From Mobula hypostoma (Eukaryota): a stretch of 64,000 nt of DNA. Shown piece after piece: positions 25,085-37,479 of this stretch (the stretch's first letter is position 1; each line of letters starts with the position of its first letter). A program made the translations under genes and the position numbers. Where the stretch lies: the NCBI RefSeq assembly GCF_963921235.1, contig NC_086108.1, forward strand, positions 65,784,001 to 65,848,000. Direction: 5' to 3'. The notes below the pieces were generated by a model. That model was not told the DNA's origin and did no database searches. It worked only from the letters and a program-made list of their open reading frames with translations.

Positions 25085-26410
25085 TGCTTAATATAATTAG
25101 CTATATTGCTAATTTAGTTTTGTTAGTTTATTATCAATACAAGGTCGTTCGTCTTTTTGTGTTTCACAATAAAGGACCAAATGTACCTTTTATGATTTGG
25201 AAATTTATTATTTGGAAGCATGCCTTACAGTGTCAAGTACCCTGGCTTAGACTCTCAGCAGTTTTGATTTATTCTCAAGTAACCGTTACATTTTGTCAAC
25301 AAAGTAATAGTTATACCAAACAAACACCAGTCTATGGCAAAGGCCATAGTGACCAGTGGTGTGCCTCAGGGATCTGTTCTGGGATCCTTACTCCTTGTAA
25401 TTTTTATAAATGACTTGGATGAGAAAGTGGAGGGATGGGTTAGAAAACTTGCTGATGACACAAAGGTTGTGGGTGTTGTGGATAGTGTGGAGGGCTGTCA
25501 GAGGTTACAGCGGGACATCGATAAGGTGCAAAACTGGGCTGAGAAGTGGCAGATGGAGTTCAACTCAGATAAGTGCGAGGTGGTTCATTTTGGTGGGTCA
25601 AAAATGATGGTAGAATATAGCATTAATGGCAAGACTCTTGGCAGTGTGGAGGATCAGAGGGATCTTGGGGTCCAAGTCCATAGGACATTCAAAGTTGCTA
25701 CGCAGGTTGACTCTGTAACTAAGAAGGCATACGGTGTATTGGCCTTCATCAATCATAGGATTGAGTTTAAGAGCAGAGAGGTAATATTGCAGCTATATAG
25801 GACCCTGGTCAGACCCCGCTTGGAGTAATACTGTGCTCAATTCTGGTCGCCTCACTACAGGAAGGACCTGGAAACCATAGAAAGGGTGCAGAGGAGATTT
25901 AAAAGGATGTTGTCTGGATTGGGGAGCATGCCTTATGAAAATAGGTTGAATGAACTCAGCCTTTTCTCCTTGTAGCGACAGAGGATGAGAGGTGACCTGA
26001 TAGAGGTGTACAAGATAATGAGAGGCATTGATCATATGGATAGTCAGAGACTTTTTCCCAGGGTTGGAATGGCTAGCACAAGAGGGCATAGTTTTAAGGT
26101 GCTTGGAAGCAGGTACAGAGGAGATGTCAGGGGTAAGTTTTTTCACTAAGAGTGGTGAGTGCATGGAATGGGCTGCTGGTGGCGGTGGTGGAGGTGGAAA
26201 CGATAGCGTCTTTTGAGAGACTCCTGGATGGATACATGGAGCTTAGAAAAATAGAGGGCTATGGGTAAACCTTGGTAGTTCTAAGGTAAGGACATGTTCA
26301 GCACAGCTACGTGGGCCAAAGGGCCTGTATTGTGCTGTAGGTTTCCTATGTTTCTAATAAACATGCCAAAAAACACAATACAGATAGAAAATAGATACAT
26401 GGCTCCTACA
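25085..26410 (-). repeat. Rearranged 5' LTR of the BEL/Pao element (partly inverted, CR1-interrupted)
   Basis: 26357-26410 is colinear with the 3' LTR, whereas 25108-25290 is the reverse complement of 19570-19741. Confidence 0.7.
25335..26356 (+). mobile_element. 5'-truncated CR1 LINE inserted in the BEL LTR
   Basis: VTSGVPQGSVLG...LADDTK...QLYRTLVRPRLE and a CTATGTTTCTA tail. Same subfamily as 8221-8913. Confidence 0.93.
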
Positions 26411-27052
26411 ATGTCTAAAGTGGAACACACAACATACAGGAAAAAAAAGGTGGTACCAGAAATGAGAGGTAATAGCTATGAGAAGGCTTTTGAGATAATG
26501 GGATTATTTCTAAGGAAGCTGAAATGGATGAGAGAATATTTGATAACATTTCTTGATTGCATTCTATGCCACATAGATAAGTTGAGACAAGTCCTTTGCA
26601 TCTTTTAAAGACAAGTTAGATATTTATGATAGGTTTAAAATGAAAAGCAACATAGAAGTATTAGTTCCATGTTGATCAATCAAAAAATATAATCAATGGA
26701 AGTATATTGTTGATAATTGTATTGAAATTTTAATATTTCTCTGGTTCTGCATTTTATTCCTTGTTCATGGGCACTCAAATATTGTTTTGCATTAGTGTTT
26801 TCTCCAGATGAATGTTAATATTCATTAATCACATTTCTAGTTTATAAACTAGAGCTAATAGAAACATTACTGATTCAGAATAAATGAAGTTCAAGTCTGG
26901 GGTGTCTCACTTCCCTCGTAGGCAAAGCTGGCTAACCTGGTTGCCAGAAGGGCTACTATATTTGTGTCCAGACTTTATATATTAAAAACACTGAACGAGC
27001 AGATATCATTATGTCTCAAAGTACAGCAAATCCCTAATTTCAGGCTTGTATA

Positions 27053-27605
27053 TGTAACCCTCAGGTTCGACCGGTGGTGTTAGTCTTGGGAAGACAGGCT
27101 CTGGTCCCGCCAAACGTGTGAAATCTGAGGTACAAAACCCCTTGCTTGAGTGGATGCTGTGTGATGTGTTCCCCGGTTACAAATCAGTACCATGAAATAA
27201 CAAACAGTAAACCATGTGCAATTAAATGATTTAGCTTTATAATTCCTAATTTGACTAGAGGGTTAGTAAAGAAAAACGAAAAGAAAAGGACCTATTTTAA
27301 TGAAAAAGTCTAATGTGCACATTGGAGCTCACGGTTTCCCTTCCGGTTGTCCTCCATCGATATCCCCGGGCTTCGTCGACTTCCGGCCCCACTCCAAGTC
27401 CACTCCTTTCAGGCATCTTCTCTCTTCTTCTTCCACTGAACAAAAGACCCAGATCACCTCGTTCTCAGGCACACTAAAAGAAAAAGACCCTCCCTTCATT
27501 GGATGGCACACATTCCAAAGCCCCCCTTATCTCTAATCGTAACCCAAACACTGCTGCTACAGAAAACCCATTACATTAGCAGTGAAACCTTTTCCAGGCG
27601 TTACC
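27053..27605 (-). repeat. 3' LTR of Gypsy family B
   Basis: TGTAAC...GTTAC termini. Purine-rich tract (GGTGGCGGGAGAG on the minus strand) adjacent at 27606-27618. Confidence 0.93.
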
Positions 27606-30600
27606 CTCTCCCGCCACCAAATTCAGTCATGTCCTCATGATGTTGAGATAATTTGCTAACCCTTCCTGCAAAGCAGAAAGTCCAACCCAGGTGTAAAAGG
27701 CAGTGACATAGTTCCCCAAAGCGGTAGGGGCCACACTCTGTCCCCCAGTGCTACATAGGCCAGCCTATCCAGCGTTCTCCTGATTCTTTGAGACCTCTGT
27801 ACCCCCTCATCTACTTCTTCATGTTCCATCACTACTGGGGATACTTCTGGTCGACCTGGCGAGGCCTCCCCTGATCTATCATCCGTGCCCTCCTGCAACT
27901 CAGACCCCTCTGTCCCTTGGCTGAGCCCCGTTTCATCCTTGCAAGGACCCGCTGAAACCCAGGCATTCCACAGATAGCCCCCCCGCCCCCCCCCCCCGAT
28001 TTCACCTGACTCGGTGTGAGAAGGGTTAGGAATCTCCTCCTCAATCAGTGGGGAGTTAGCAAAAGGCAGCATATACCACACCCCCATTTCCTCATCCTCC
28101 AAATCAGAATCTCACTCAGGGGCGGGGGCCAGTCTAATTTCTCCCGCTGTTGGTCCTTCAGTCACTTTGCGATGCTGCACAGTTCTCTTACTAGGTGTAG
28201 GCTCCAGGTCGAGCTCTGGGTCAACCCTTTGTCCCAGAGGCAGAAGTTGGTTCCAATGGAGAATTTTGACAGGCCCATTCCCATCCCCTGGTTTCACCCA
28301 GAAAACTGGTACATTTGGCATCTGACTCTCCACTATGCTTATGCTTCCCGGGTAGCCCCAAATTCCTTATGAGGACTCAATCTCCTGGCATGGGTTGGGC
28401 AAACCTAACCTTTTGATCATACCTCCTCTTATTTCCTTGATTCTGCTTGGCAGCCACGACCTCAGCTAATTCATAAGCCTTTTTCAGCTCCCTTCTGATA
28501 TCAGACACAGACTTTTGATAAGTCTTTGGCGGTATGTCATCCTCGTCAGTCCTAAAGCAAGGGTCAATGGGCAACTTCGCCTTGTGCCCAAACATCAGAT
28601 AATATGGCGAGCCTGGTAGCTTCATTTCGGGTACAGTTGTAGCAGTGTTTAATATGTTGACTCCACCTGCTCTTCTTGCTGATCTCCAAGGTTCTGAGCA
28701 TGTCTAGCAAGGTCTGATTAAAGCCCTCAGGCTTGGAATCACCCTGCGGGTGATAAGGAGTAGTCCTCGACTTCTCTACTCCAAGCATGCTCAGTAACTC
28801 ATGGATGAGCCTGCTCTCGAAATCCCGTCCCTGATCACTATATATCCACCTGGGAAGGCCATAATAAATGAAATACTTCTCCCATAACACTTTGGCCACC
28901 GTAAACGCCCTCCGGTCCTTGGCAGGGAAGCCTGTGCATATCCGGTGTAGCGATCCGTGATGACTAAGACATTCGCCGTGTTGCTGGCATCTGGCTCTGT
29001 TGACAGGAAATCCATGCACACCAGGACCAGGGGCCCCGCACTCTGCAAGTGGGATAATGGAGCTGCCCTCGGAGGCAGCATCTTCCTCCGTATGCATTGA
29101 ATGCATCCCTGTCCAGCCCTTCATGTGTCCCTGTTCCTACTTCCTAGCCGGTACTTCAGGCTGAAATCATAGGCAGACAATGACCAATGGCCTGTGGCAT
29201 CCAATTTCGCTGAGGTCAGGATATAAGTTAGGGGATTGTTGTCCATCCTCATCTCAAATGTGGCACCATAGAGGTAGTCACTCAGCTTATCCACCACAGC
29301 CCTTTTCAATGCCAGAAACACCAACTTGTGAGTGGGATATTTTTTCTCAGGGGCGACAGACTCTGGCTGACAATCGCAACAGGTATCAACCCAATGCCCT
29401 GATACTGATACAGGATGCCCCCTAAGCCCTCTCTGCTGGCATCTGTATGCAGTACATATGGCAATTGGGGGTCTGCAAAAGCCAGCACAGGCACCAGGGT
29501 CAGCGTCTCATCAGCGACTGAAAGTCCTCTTCACATTTCGCATCCCATCAAAATAAATGCCAACAGGCTCCGAAGGGTTAAGATACTCTTTACCCTCCTC
29601 TTCTTTTGTCCCCCTCCCTTTCTTCCCCAAGGGAGGGTAATTGCACAGAAAATGATTTAAAGAGTGACTCACTTTCGCCTAACCCTTCATGACCCTCCGA
29701 TAGTAACCACAGAACCCAAGGAATAAGAACAAAGCACTCATAGCCGGGGCCCTTGGTCATGTGATCACTGCCTCCATCTTAGCCAGATCGTAGCTACTCC
29801 ATCCCGTGAAACTGTATGTCTAACATAGTTGATAGACATCTTGCAGAACTGGCACTTGTCCAGGGAAAGATTTAACCCTTCAGCTTTCAGGCGGCCCAGC
29901 ACCTTCAGTAGTCTTGCTTTATGCTCTTCCAAGGTGGATCCAAACACTATGAGGTCACCCAGATACACCAATACCTCAAGCAAGTTCATATTCACCCACT
30001 GCTTTCTCCATGACATGCTGGGACGTTGCAGGGGCTCCTGATATGCCATGGGGCATCCATTCGAACTGGAAGAATCCCAGTGGAAAAATAAATGCCGTCT
30101 TCTCTTCGTCATACTCACTCATGGGGAACTGGTAATATCCACTCCTCAAGTCCAGCACACTGAACCACTTTGCACCACTCAGACAGGCCAATGCGTCTTT
30201 GATCCTTGGAACTGTATACTGTTCACGGATGGTACGCCTGATCAGAGTCCTATAGTCCACACACATCCGTACCTTCCCATTCTTCTTCCTGGCCACTGCT
30301 ATTACGGATGTATAGGGGCTTCTGGACTCAGTGATGACCCCAGCTTCCCACAACTTACACAAATGCTGCCGACCGACTTCCACCTCTGTAGGGGCCAGTT
30401 GTCGCGACCTCTCTCTGAACAGGGTGTCCTTGATCACCTGGATAGTGTGATGAGTGCTTTTGGAACAACCACATCAAACTCGTCAGTGGAAAAGACACCT
30501 TTCAGCTTCAGCATCTTCTCTATCAAACTCCTCTTCCAACCTGCAGGCACTGGGGAGTCCCTGAAGTTGAATGACTCAGCGGTCATCTTTCCCCCTTTTT

Positions 30601-32348
30601 CAGATAGTTTCTCCCTGGATAGTCTCACAGGGACACTAGACATTACCCTCTCTGGGAACAGGTGTGCCGGGAGCATTCCCCACTTGAAGGAGACTTCTAT
30701 TTTCACAGTGTTCCTGATAATCACTGCCATCCTGCTCGCCTGTACAACTGAGGGCTTCTGCAATTCGGGCCTCACCAGTAGCCCAGCAGAAAATCCCGAC
30801 TCCTCCTCGTGATCTTCTGGAACATCCACTAAGAGGGCCTCACCCTCAGGCAGTTCAGGAAATTTGGGGGTCCCCATCACTGTCGCTACTTCCCCAGGCC
30901 ACAATTGGCTTTGACTGGGTGAACCACTCAGTCCCTTGTCTAACCTAGGTATCTGGCCCAATGCAGCCAAGCACTTCCTCAAAAGCAGCTCGAAACACCG
31001 GGTGAACGGACAATGTTCTCAGGAAGCTCTCTCCAGCTTTCTCCTTGTAGGCTCCCAGGAGCCTCCTCACAATAGGAGTGCTGCTCCCCACAAGAATTGA
31101 AATGCCGCCCTTCTTAACGGGGTCCAGACAAACTAGCGCTAATGTATCAAGAGCCTCAGCCAATCCCACATCAGCCTCCGAAAACTCCATCTTCACCGAC
31201 AAGTAACCATCATAGTGCACTGAATGGTATCAATGATAAATGCTTTAAATACTGGTTGTAAAATGAACGATACAGCAAAGTGACCTGCAACCCTGTGTCA
31301 AGTGTGGCTCTGGTATAAATGCCCTCTATCTGTAGCGATACACTGTAGCTTGGCCCCACTAAGCCTTCAGGAATGGTTTTTCTTTCCTTTAGTGTGTTCC
31401 TTGATATACCGCTGTGAATGTGTTCCCCTGATACACCAAGCCATCCCCTCACTGGGTCTCTTGTAAGTTTTCCCAATGACTCTCTGCTTAAGTACCTGCG
31501 GGCTCACTCTCCGAGGGGTTTCCCGTCGTTCACACAAACATGAGTGGCAGCAGTAGCAAGGGAGTACTGGGACTTTAGCGCTCTCACGACATCAGCAGCC
31601 CATCTCCTCAAACTTTCAATCAATTGCTGTTGTTTTACATCATCAGAGCACTGCCACTCTTCTAACAACCGAGAGGTCTGCTTCATCCAAGTCTCATACT
31701 CCTCTTCCCCTTTAGGAGTGGGCATTATTCCAGAGAATAAGTGGGGCCTACCGTAGCTGGAACTTTGGACCTGGACATTTTTCCATTTATTTGCCAGAGA
31801 GATAAGGGTGGATATGAACTCAGAATTCTCACTCTTCACTGGGGGACAGGGACTCATTAGACATTCCAAATCAGACCACTCCTTCCCCTCGCTAAGCAGA
31901 AATGAGAAAACCCTGTCTTTGAAGTCTCCACCTCCACCTACAGGAGACTCGACTTGAGATTCAGCCTGCTCCCCTACACTCTCCTCCTCCCAGAAAGTAT
32001 GGACAATCCTTGCCCCCCATCTCCTGGGTCCCCCATCGTACCAAGCAGTTCCACTGTTGTTAGGTCAGTGCTAGTCTGAACTAAAACAAGGTCTGTGCCC
32101 ACCATTTTATCAAATCTCCACCCCAAAATCAAAACTTTGCCTACAGCTTTAACAGTACTTAAAAGTCAAATTAACAATTCATCAGGAGTACAAACATCTA
32201 ACCCACTCAACACTCATGCATTTGTTACCGGTAACCCCGTGGATGCACACCACCACGCAACCCCAGCAGCATCCATACTAGCACAGACTTAAACACAAAG
32301 CCCACTGGTTTAATGCTCAGGGCAATCACACAGCATCCAATGAAATCA

Positions 32349-32366
32349 ATCCCGGACGAGCCCCCA
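32349..32366 (-). promoter_or_regulatory. Primer-binding site complementary to tRNA-Pro
   Basis: Minus strand reads TGGGGGCTCGTCCGGGAT, the canonical 18-nt tRNA-Pro PBS, 4 nt from the LTR end. Confidence 0.95.
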
Positions 32367-32370
32367 CAAT

Positions 32371-35300
32371 TGTAACCCTCAGGTTCGGCCGGCGGCATTA
32401 GTCTAGGGAAGGCAGTCTCTGGCCCCGCCAAACGTGTGAAATCTGAGGTACAAAACTTCTTGGTTGTGTGGATGCTGTGTGATGTGTTCCCCGGTTACAA
32501 ATCAGTACCACAAAAGAACAGACGGTAAACCATATGCAGTTAAATGATTTAGCTTTATAATTCCTAATTTGACTAGAGGGTTAGTAAAGAAAAACAAAAA
32601 GAAAAGGGCCCATCTTAATGAAACAATCTAATGTGCACATTTGGAGCTCATGGTTTCCCTTCTGGTTGTCCTCCATCCAGTTGGGATCACAGAGACATGG
32701 CTCCAGGGTGACCAGGGATGGGAGCTCAACCTTCAGGGATATTCAATATTCAGGAGGGATAGACATGAAGGAAGGGGAGGTGGGGTGGCGTTGCTGGTTA
32801 AAGAAGAGATTAACGCAATAGAAAAGAAGGACATAAGCCGGGAAAATGTGGAATCGATATGGGTAGAGCTGCGTAACACCAAGGGGCAGAAGACGCTGGT
32901 GGGAGTTGTGTACAGGCCACCTAACAGTAGTAGTGAGGTCGGAGATGGTATTAAACAGGAAATTAGAAATGTGTGCAATAAAGGAACAGCAGTTATAATG
33001 GGTGACTTCAATCTACATGTAGACTGGGTGAACCAAATTGGTAAAGGTGCTGAGGAAGAGGATTTCTTGGGGATGTATGCGGGATGGTTTTTTGAACCAA
33101 CATGTCGAGGAACCAACTAGAGAGCAGGCTATTCTGGACTGGGTTTTGAGCAATGAGGAAGGGTTAATTAGCAATCTTGTCGTGAGAGGCCCCTTGGGTA
33201 AGAGTGACCATAATATGGTGGAATTCTTCATTAAGATGGAGAGTGACATAGTTAATTCAGAAACAAAGGTTCTGAACTTAAAGAGGGGTAACTTTGAAGG
33301 TATGAGACATGAATTAGCTAAGATAGACTGGCAAATGACACTTAAAAGATTGACGGTGGATATGCAATGGCAAGCATTTAAAGGTTGCATGGATGAACTA
33401 CAACAATTGTTCATCCCAGTTTGGCAAAAGAATAAATCAAGGAAGGTAGTGCACCCGAGGCTGACAAGAGAAATTAGGGATAGTATCAATTCCAAAGAAG
33501 AAGCATACAAATTAGCCAGAGAAAGTGGCTCACCTGAGGACTGGGAGAAATTCAGAGTTCAGCAGAGGAGGACAAAGGGCTTAATTAGGAAGGGGAAAAA
33601 AGATTATGAGAGAAAACTGGCAGGGAACATAAAAACAGACTGTAAAAGCTTTTATAGATATGTAAAAAGGAAAAGACTGGTAAAGACAAATGTAGGTCCC
33701 CTGCAGACAGAAACAGGCAAATTGATTATGGGGAGCAAGGACATGGCAGACCAATTGAATAGTTACTTTGGTTCTGTCTTCACTAAGGAGGACATAAATA
33801 ATCTTCCAGAAATAGTAAGGGACAGAGGGTCCAGTGGGATGGAGGAACTGAGCGAAATACATGTTAGTAGGGAAGTGGTGTTAGGTAAATTGAAGGGATT
33901 GAAGGCAGATAAATCCCCAGGGCCAGATGGTCTGCATCCTAGAGTGCTTAAAGAAGTAGCCCAAGAAATAGTGGATGCATTAGTGATAATTTTTCAAAAC
34001 TCGTTAGATTCTGGACTAGTTCCTGAGGATTGGAGGGTGGCTAATGTAACCCCACTTTTTAAAAAAGGAGGGAGAGAGAAACCGGGGAATTATAGACTGG
34101 TTAGCCTAACGTCGGTGGTGGGGAAACTGCTGGAGTCAGTTATCGAGGATGTGATAACAGCACATTTGGAAAGCGGTGAAATGATCGGACAAAGTCAGCA
34201 TGGATTTGTGAAAGGAAAATCATGTCTGACGAATCTCATAGAATTTTTTGAGGATGTAACTAGTAGAGTGGATAGGGGAGAACCAGTGGATGTGGTATAT
34301 TTGGATTTTCAAAAGGCTTTTGACAAGGTCCCACACAGGAGATTAGTGTGCAAACTTAAAGCACACGGTATTGGGGGTAAGGTATTGATGTGGGTGGAGA
34401 ATTGGTTAGCAGACAGGAAGCAAAGAGTGGGAATAAACAGGACCTTTTCAGAATGGCAGGCGGTGACTAGTGGGGTACCGCAAGGCTCAGTGCTGGGACC
34501 CCAGTTGTTTACAATATATATTAATGACTTGGATGAGGGAATTAAATGCAGCATCTCCAAGTTTGCGGATGACACGAAGCTGGGTGGCAGTGTTAGCAGT
34601 GAGGATGATGCTAAGAGGATGCAGGGTGACTTGGATAGGTTGGGTGAGTGGGCAAATTCATGGCAGATGCAATTTAATGTGGATAAATGTGAAGTTATCC
34701 ACTTTGGTGGCAAAAATAGGAAAACAGATTATTATCTGAATGGTGGCCGATTAGGAAAAGGGGAGGTGCAACGAGACCTGGGTGTCATTATACACCAGTC
34801 ATTGAAAGTGGGCATGCAGGTACAGCAAGCAGTGAAAAAGGCGAATGGTATGCTGGCATTTATAGCGAGAGGATTCGAGTACAGGAGCAGGGATGTACTA
34901 CTGCAGTTGTACAAGGCCTTGGTGAGACCACATCTGGAGTACTGTGTGCAGTTTTGGTCCCCTAATCTGAGGAAAGACATCTTTGCCATAGAGGGAGTAC
35001 AAAGAAGGTTCACCAGATTGATTCCTGGGATGGCGGGACTTTCATATGAAGAAAGACTGGATGAATTGGGCTTGTACTCGTTGGAATTTAGAAGATTGAG
35101 GGGGGATCTGATTGAAACGTATAAGATCCTAAAGGGATTGGACAAGCTAGATGCAGGAAGATTGTTCCCGATGTTGGGGAAGTCCAGAACGAGGGGTCAC
35201 AGTTTGAGGATAGAGGGGAAACCGTTTAGGACCGAGATTAGGAAAAACTTCTTCACACAGAGAGTGGTGAATCTGTGGAATTCTCTGCCACAGGAAACTG

Positions 35301-35734
35301 TTGAGGCCAGTTCATTGGCTATATTTAAGAGGGAGTTAGATATGGACCTTGTGGCTACGGGGGTCAGGGGGTATGAAGGGAAGGCTGGGGCGGGGTTCTG
35401 AGTTGGATGATCAGCCATGATCATAATAAATGGCGGTGCCGAATGGCCTACTCCTGCACCTATTTTCTATGTTTCTATGTTTCTATGATATCCCCCAGGC
35501 TTCGTCGACTCCCGACCCCACTCCAAGTCCACTCCTTTCAGGCATTTTCTCTCTTCATCTTCCACTGAATAAAAGACCCAGATCATCTTGTTCTCAGGAA
35601 CGCAAGAAAAAAAGACCCTCCCTTCATTGGATGGCACACATTCCAAAGCCCCTGTTATCTCTAGTCATAACCCAAACACTGCTGCTACAGAAAAACCATT
35701 ACATTAGCAATGAAACCTTTCCCAGGGTGTTACG
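32371..35734 (-). repeat. 5' LTR of Gypsy family B, split into 32371-32678 and 35488-35734 by a CR1
   Basis: Both halves align colinearly with 27053-27605. The break falls at CCTCCATC/GATATCCCC. Confidence 0.92.
32679..35487 (+). mobile_element. Young CR1/HER1-type LINE, near-complete ORF2 (APE + RT) with one frameshift
   Basis: APE motifs VGITETW, VYRPP, MGDFN and SDH. +1 frameshift near 33070, 787-aa ORF 33038-35401, (TATGTTTC)n tail. Confidence 0.98.
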
Positions 35735-35841
35735 TGTATAAATGTGCTAAATTATTACCTGCTGATCTGGTTATACTTATAAATGTCGCTGTAATATGTG
35801 TTCTTAACATTGAAAGAACTGTCAACTGAATGTTAATTGGA

Positions 35842-36185
35842 CGAGGGATGATTGATAAGTTCGTGGCCTAAGGTAGAACGAAATGAGTTATACAGCTCTC
35901 ATTACCCGCACGTGCAGTTCAACTCTTTGAGTGAAAATGCAGAAAGTTTGAAGTTAATAACTCATCTCCTTCTACCTTAGGTCATGAGCTTATCAATCAC
36001 CCCTGCTGTGGACCTCTTCTGGAGGTCCAAGACGCCGTCTTCTACAAAGAAGGGATCCGTATGCTCCACGACCACTGGACTAAGTGTGTACATGTAGGAG
36101 GGGACTATGTTGAAAAATAAATGTGCTAGGTTTTCTAAAATTGACTCCTTCTAGCTTAGGCCACGAACTTATCAATCACCCCTGA
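35842..36185 (+). mobile_element. Mariner-derived non-autonomous element
   Basis: TIRs GATTGATAAGTTCGTGGCCTAAG / CTTAGGCCACGAACTTATCAATC. Internal transposase C-terminus FYKEGIRMLHDHWTKCVHVGGDYVEK* ending at 36120. Confidence 0.88.
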
Positions 36186-36485
36186 TATATCCCTTCTGGG
36201 TACTGATTGTGGCCCTGGGTCAGAAGGTGTGTGAGCTTGTAATTGTATTACAAATCCACTAGGTGGCAGTACACGACTGTGTTTACTTTCATCACCATCT
36301 CTCTAAGTCAGGCTAAAAATTTTCTGCAAAAGTCAGCCTGATCGTTCATTCCCTTACATTCCTAAGCAATGATCATGATTGCAGAAGAAGCCTGAGTTTC
36401 TTTTCCTGCACATTCCCCCATTAGAGCTCCTACTTTCAATCTGAAGGGTATAGATTTAAATGGGTCTATGAATCACTTAGTTTAT

Positions 36486-37472
36486 AAGTTCAAAGTAAAT
36501 TTATTATCAAGGTACATATATGTCACCATGAGATTCATTTTCTTGCAGGCATACTCAATAAATCCGATAACCATAGTCGAATCAATTAAATTCTGCACCA
36601 ATAGGGTGTGAAAGACAACAAACTGTGTAAGTACAGAAAGAAAACAAATAATAATCATAATAGCAAAATAAGCAATAAATATTGAGAACATGAGATGAAG
36701 AGATATTGAAAGTGAGTCCATGGGTTGTGGGAACAGTCCAGTGGGGGCAAGTGAAGTTGAGTGAAGTTATCCCCACTGGTTCAAGAGCCTGATGGCTGAG
36801 GGGTAATAACTGTTCCAGAACCTGGTGCTGTGAGTCCTGAGACTCCTGTACCTCCTTCCTGATGGCAGCAGTGAGAGGCAACCATGACTTGGGTGGTAGG
36901 TGTCCCTGGTGATGGATGCTGCTCTCCTGCAGCAACACTCCATGTAGATGTGCTCAGTAGTTGGGAAAGCTTTAGCTGTGATGGACTGAGTCTTATCCAC
37001 TACCTTTTGTAGGTTTTTCCATATCAGGTTGAAATGCAGCCAGTCAATATACTCTCCTTCACACATCTATATAAGTTTGTCAAAGTTTCAGATGCCATGC
37101 CAATTCCTCACAAACTTCTAAGGAAGTGGAGGCACTGCTGTGCTTTCTTTGTAATTGCATTTATGTGCTGGGCCCAGGACAAGTCCTCTGAAATGATAAT
37201 ACTGAGGAATTTAAAGTAACTGACACACTCCGTCTCTGATCCCTGATGAGGACTGGCACATGGACCTCCGGTTTCCTCTTCCTGAAGTCAATAATCAGTG
37301 TCTTGCCGACGCTGAGTAAGAGGTAGTTGCTGTGGCAACACTCAACCAGATTTTCAATCTCCCTCTACTGATTCATCACTGCCTTTGATTCGGCCTACAA
37401 CAGTGATGTCATTTGCAAAGTTAAATATGGCATTGGAGCCCGTGCTTAGCCAAGCAGTCATAAGTGTAAAAC
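36486..37472 (-). mobile_element. Rex/Babar LINE, 5'-truncated
   Basis: LQKVVDKTQSIT...HPSHGCLSLLPSGRRYRSLRTHSTRFWNSYYPSAIRLLN. Confidence 0.88.
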
Positions 37473-37479
37473 AAGATTT

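Larger units (their letters stand above)
19570..26410 (-). mobile_element. BEL/Pao LTR retrotransposon, decayed full-length provirus
   Basis: Integrase GVIFICLDTQSVHIEI...RRFIARRG...SDNATNFVGA (20559-20762), RNase H AFIMGKSRVA (21849-22088), RT FYVDDCL (22489-22713) and YAIRTMLGWTVNGP (23199-23462). Termini TGTAG...CTACA with a 5-bp TSD ATGTT (19565-19569) / ATGTC (26411-26415). Confidence 0.9.
27053..35734 (-). mobile_element. Ty3/Gypsy provirus (family B) with PNMA-like Gag, decayed
   Basis: Gag FSGIMPTPKGEEEYETW...LIESLR (31504-31869), protease ATLDTGLQVT, RT RMCVDYR...LDLRSGYYQ, RNase H LHTDAS and integrase YSDQGRDFES...TTPYHPQG. Two LTRs, PBS and polypurine tract. TGTATA on both flanks. 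Confidence 0.96.

Noticed and set aside
32349..32366. tRNA-Pro gene fragment
   Set aside because: Only the 18-nt 3' match next to an LTR is present. It is a primer-binding site and not a tRNA gene.
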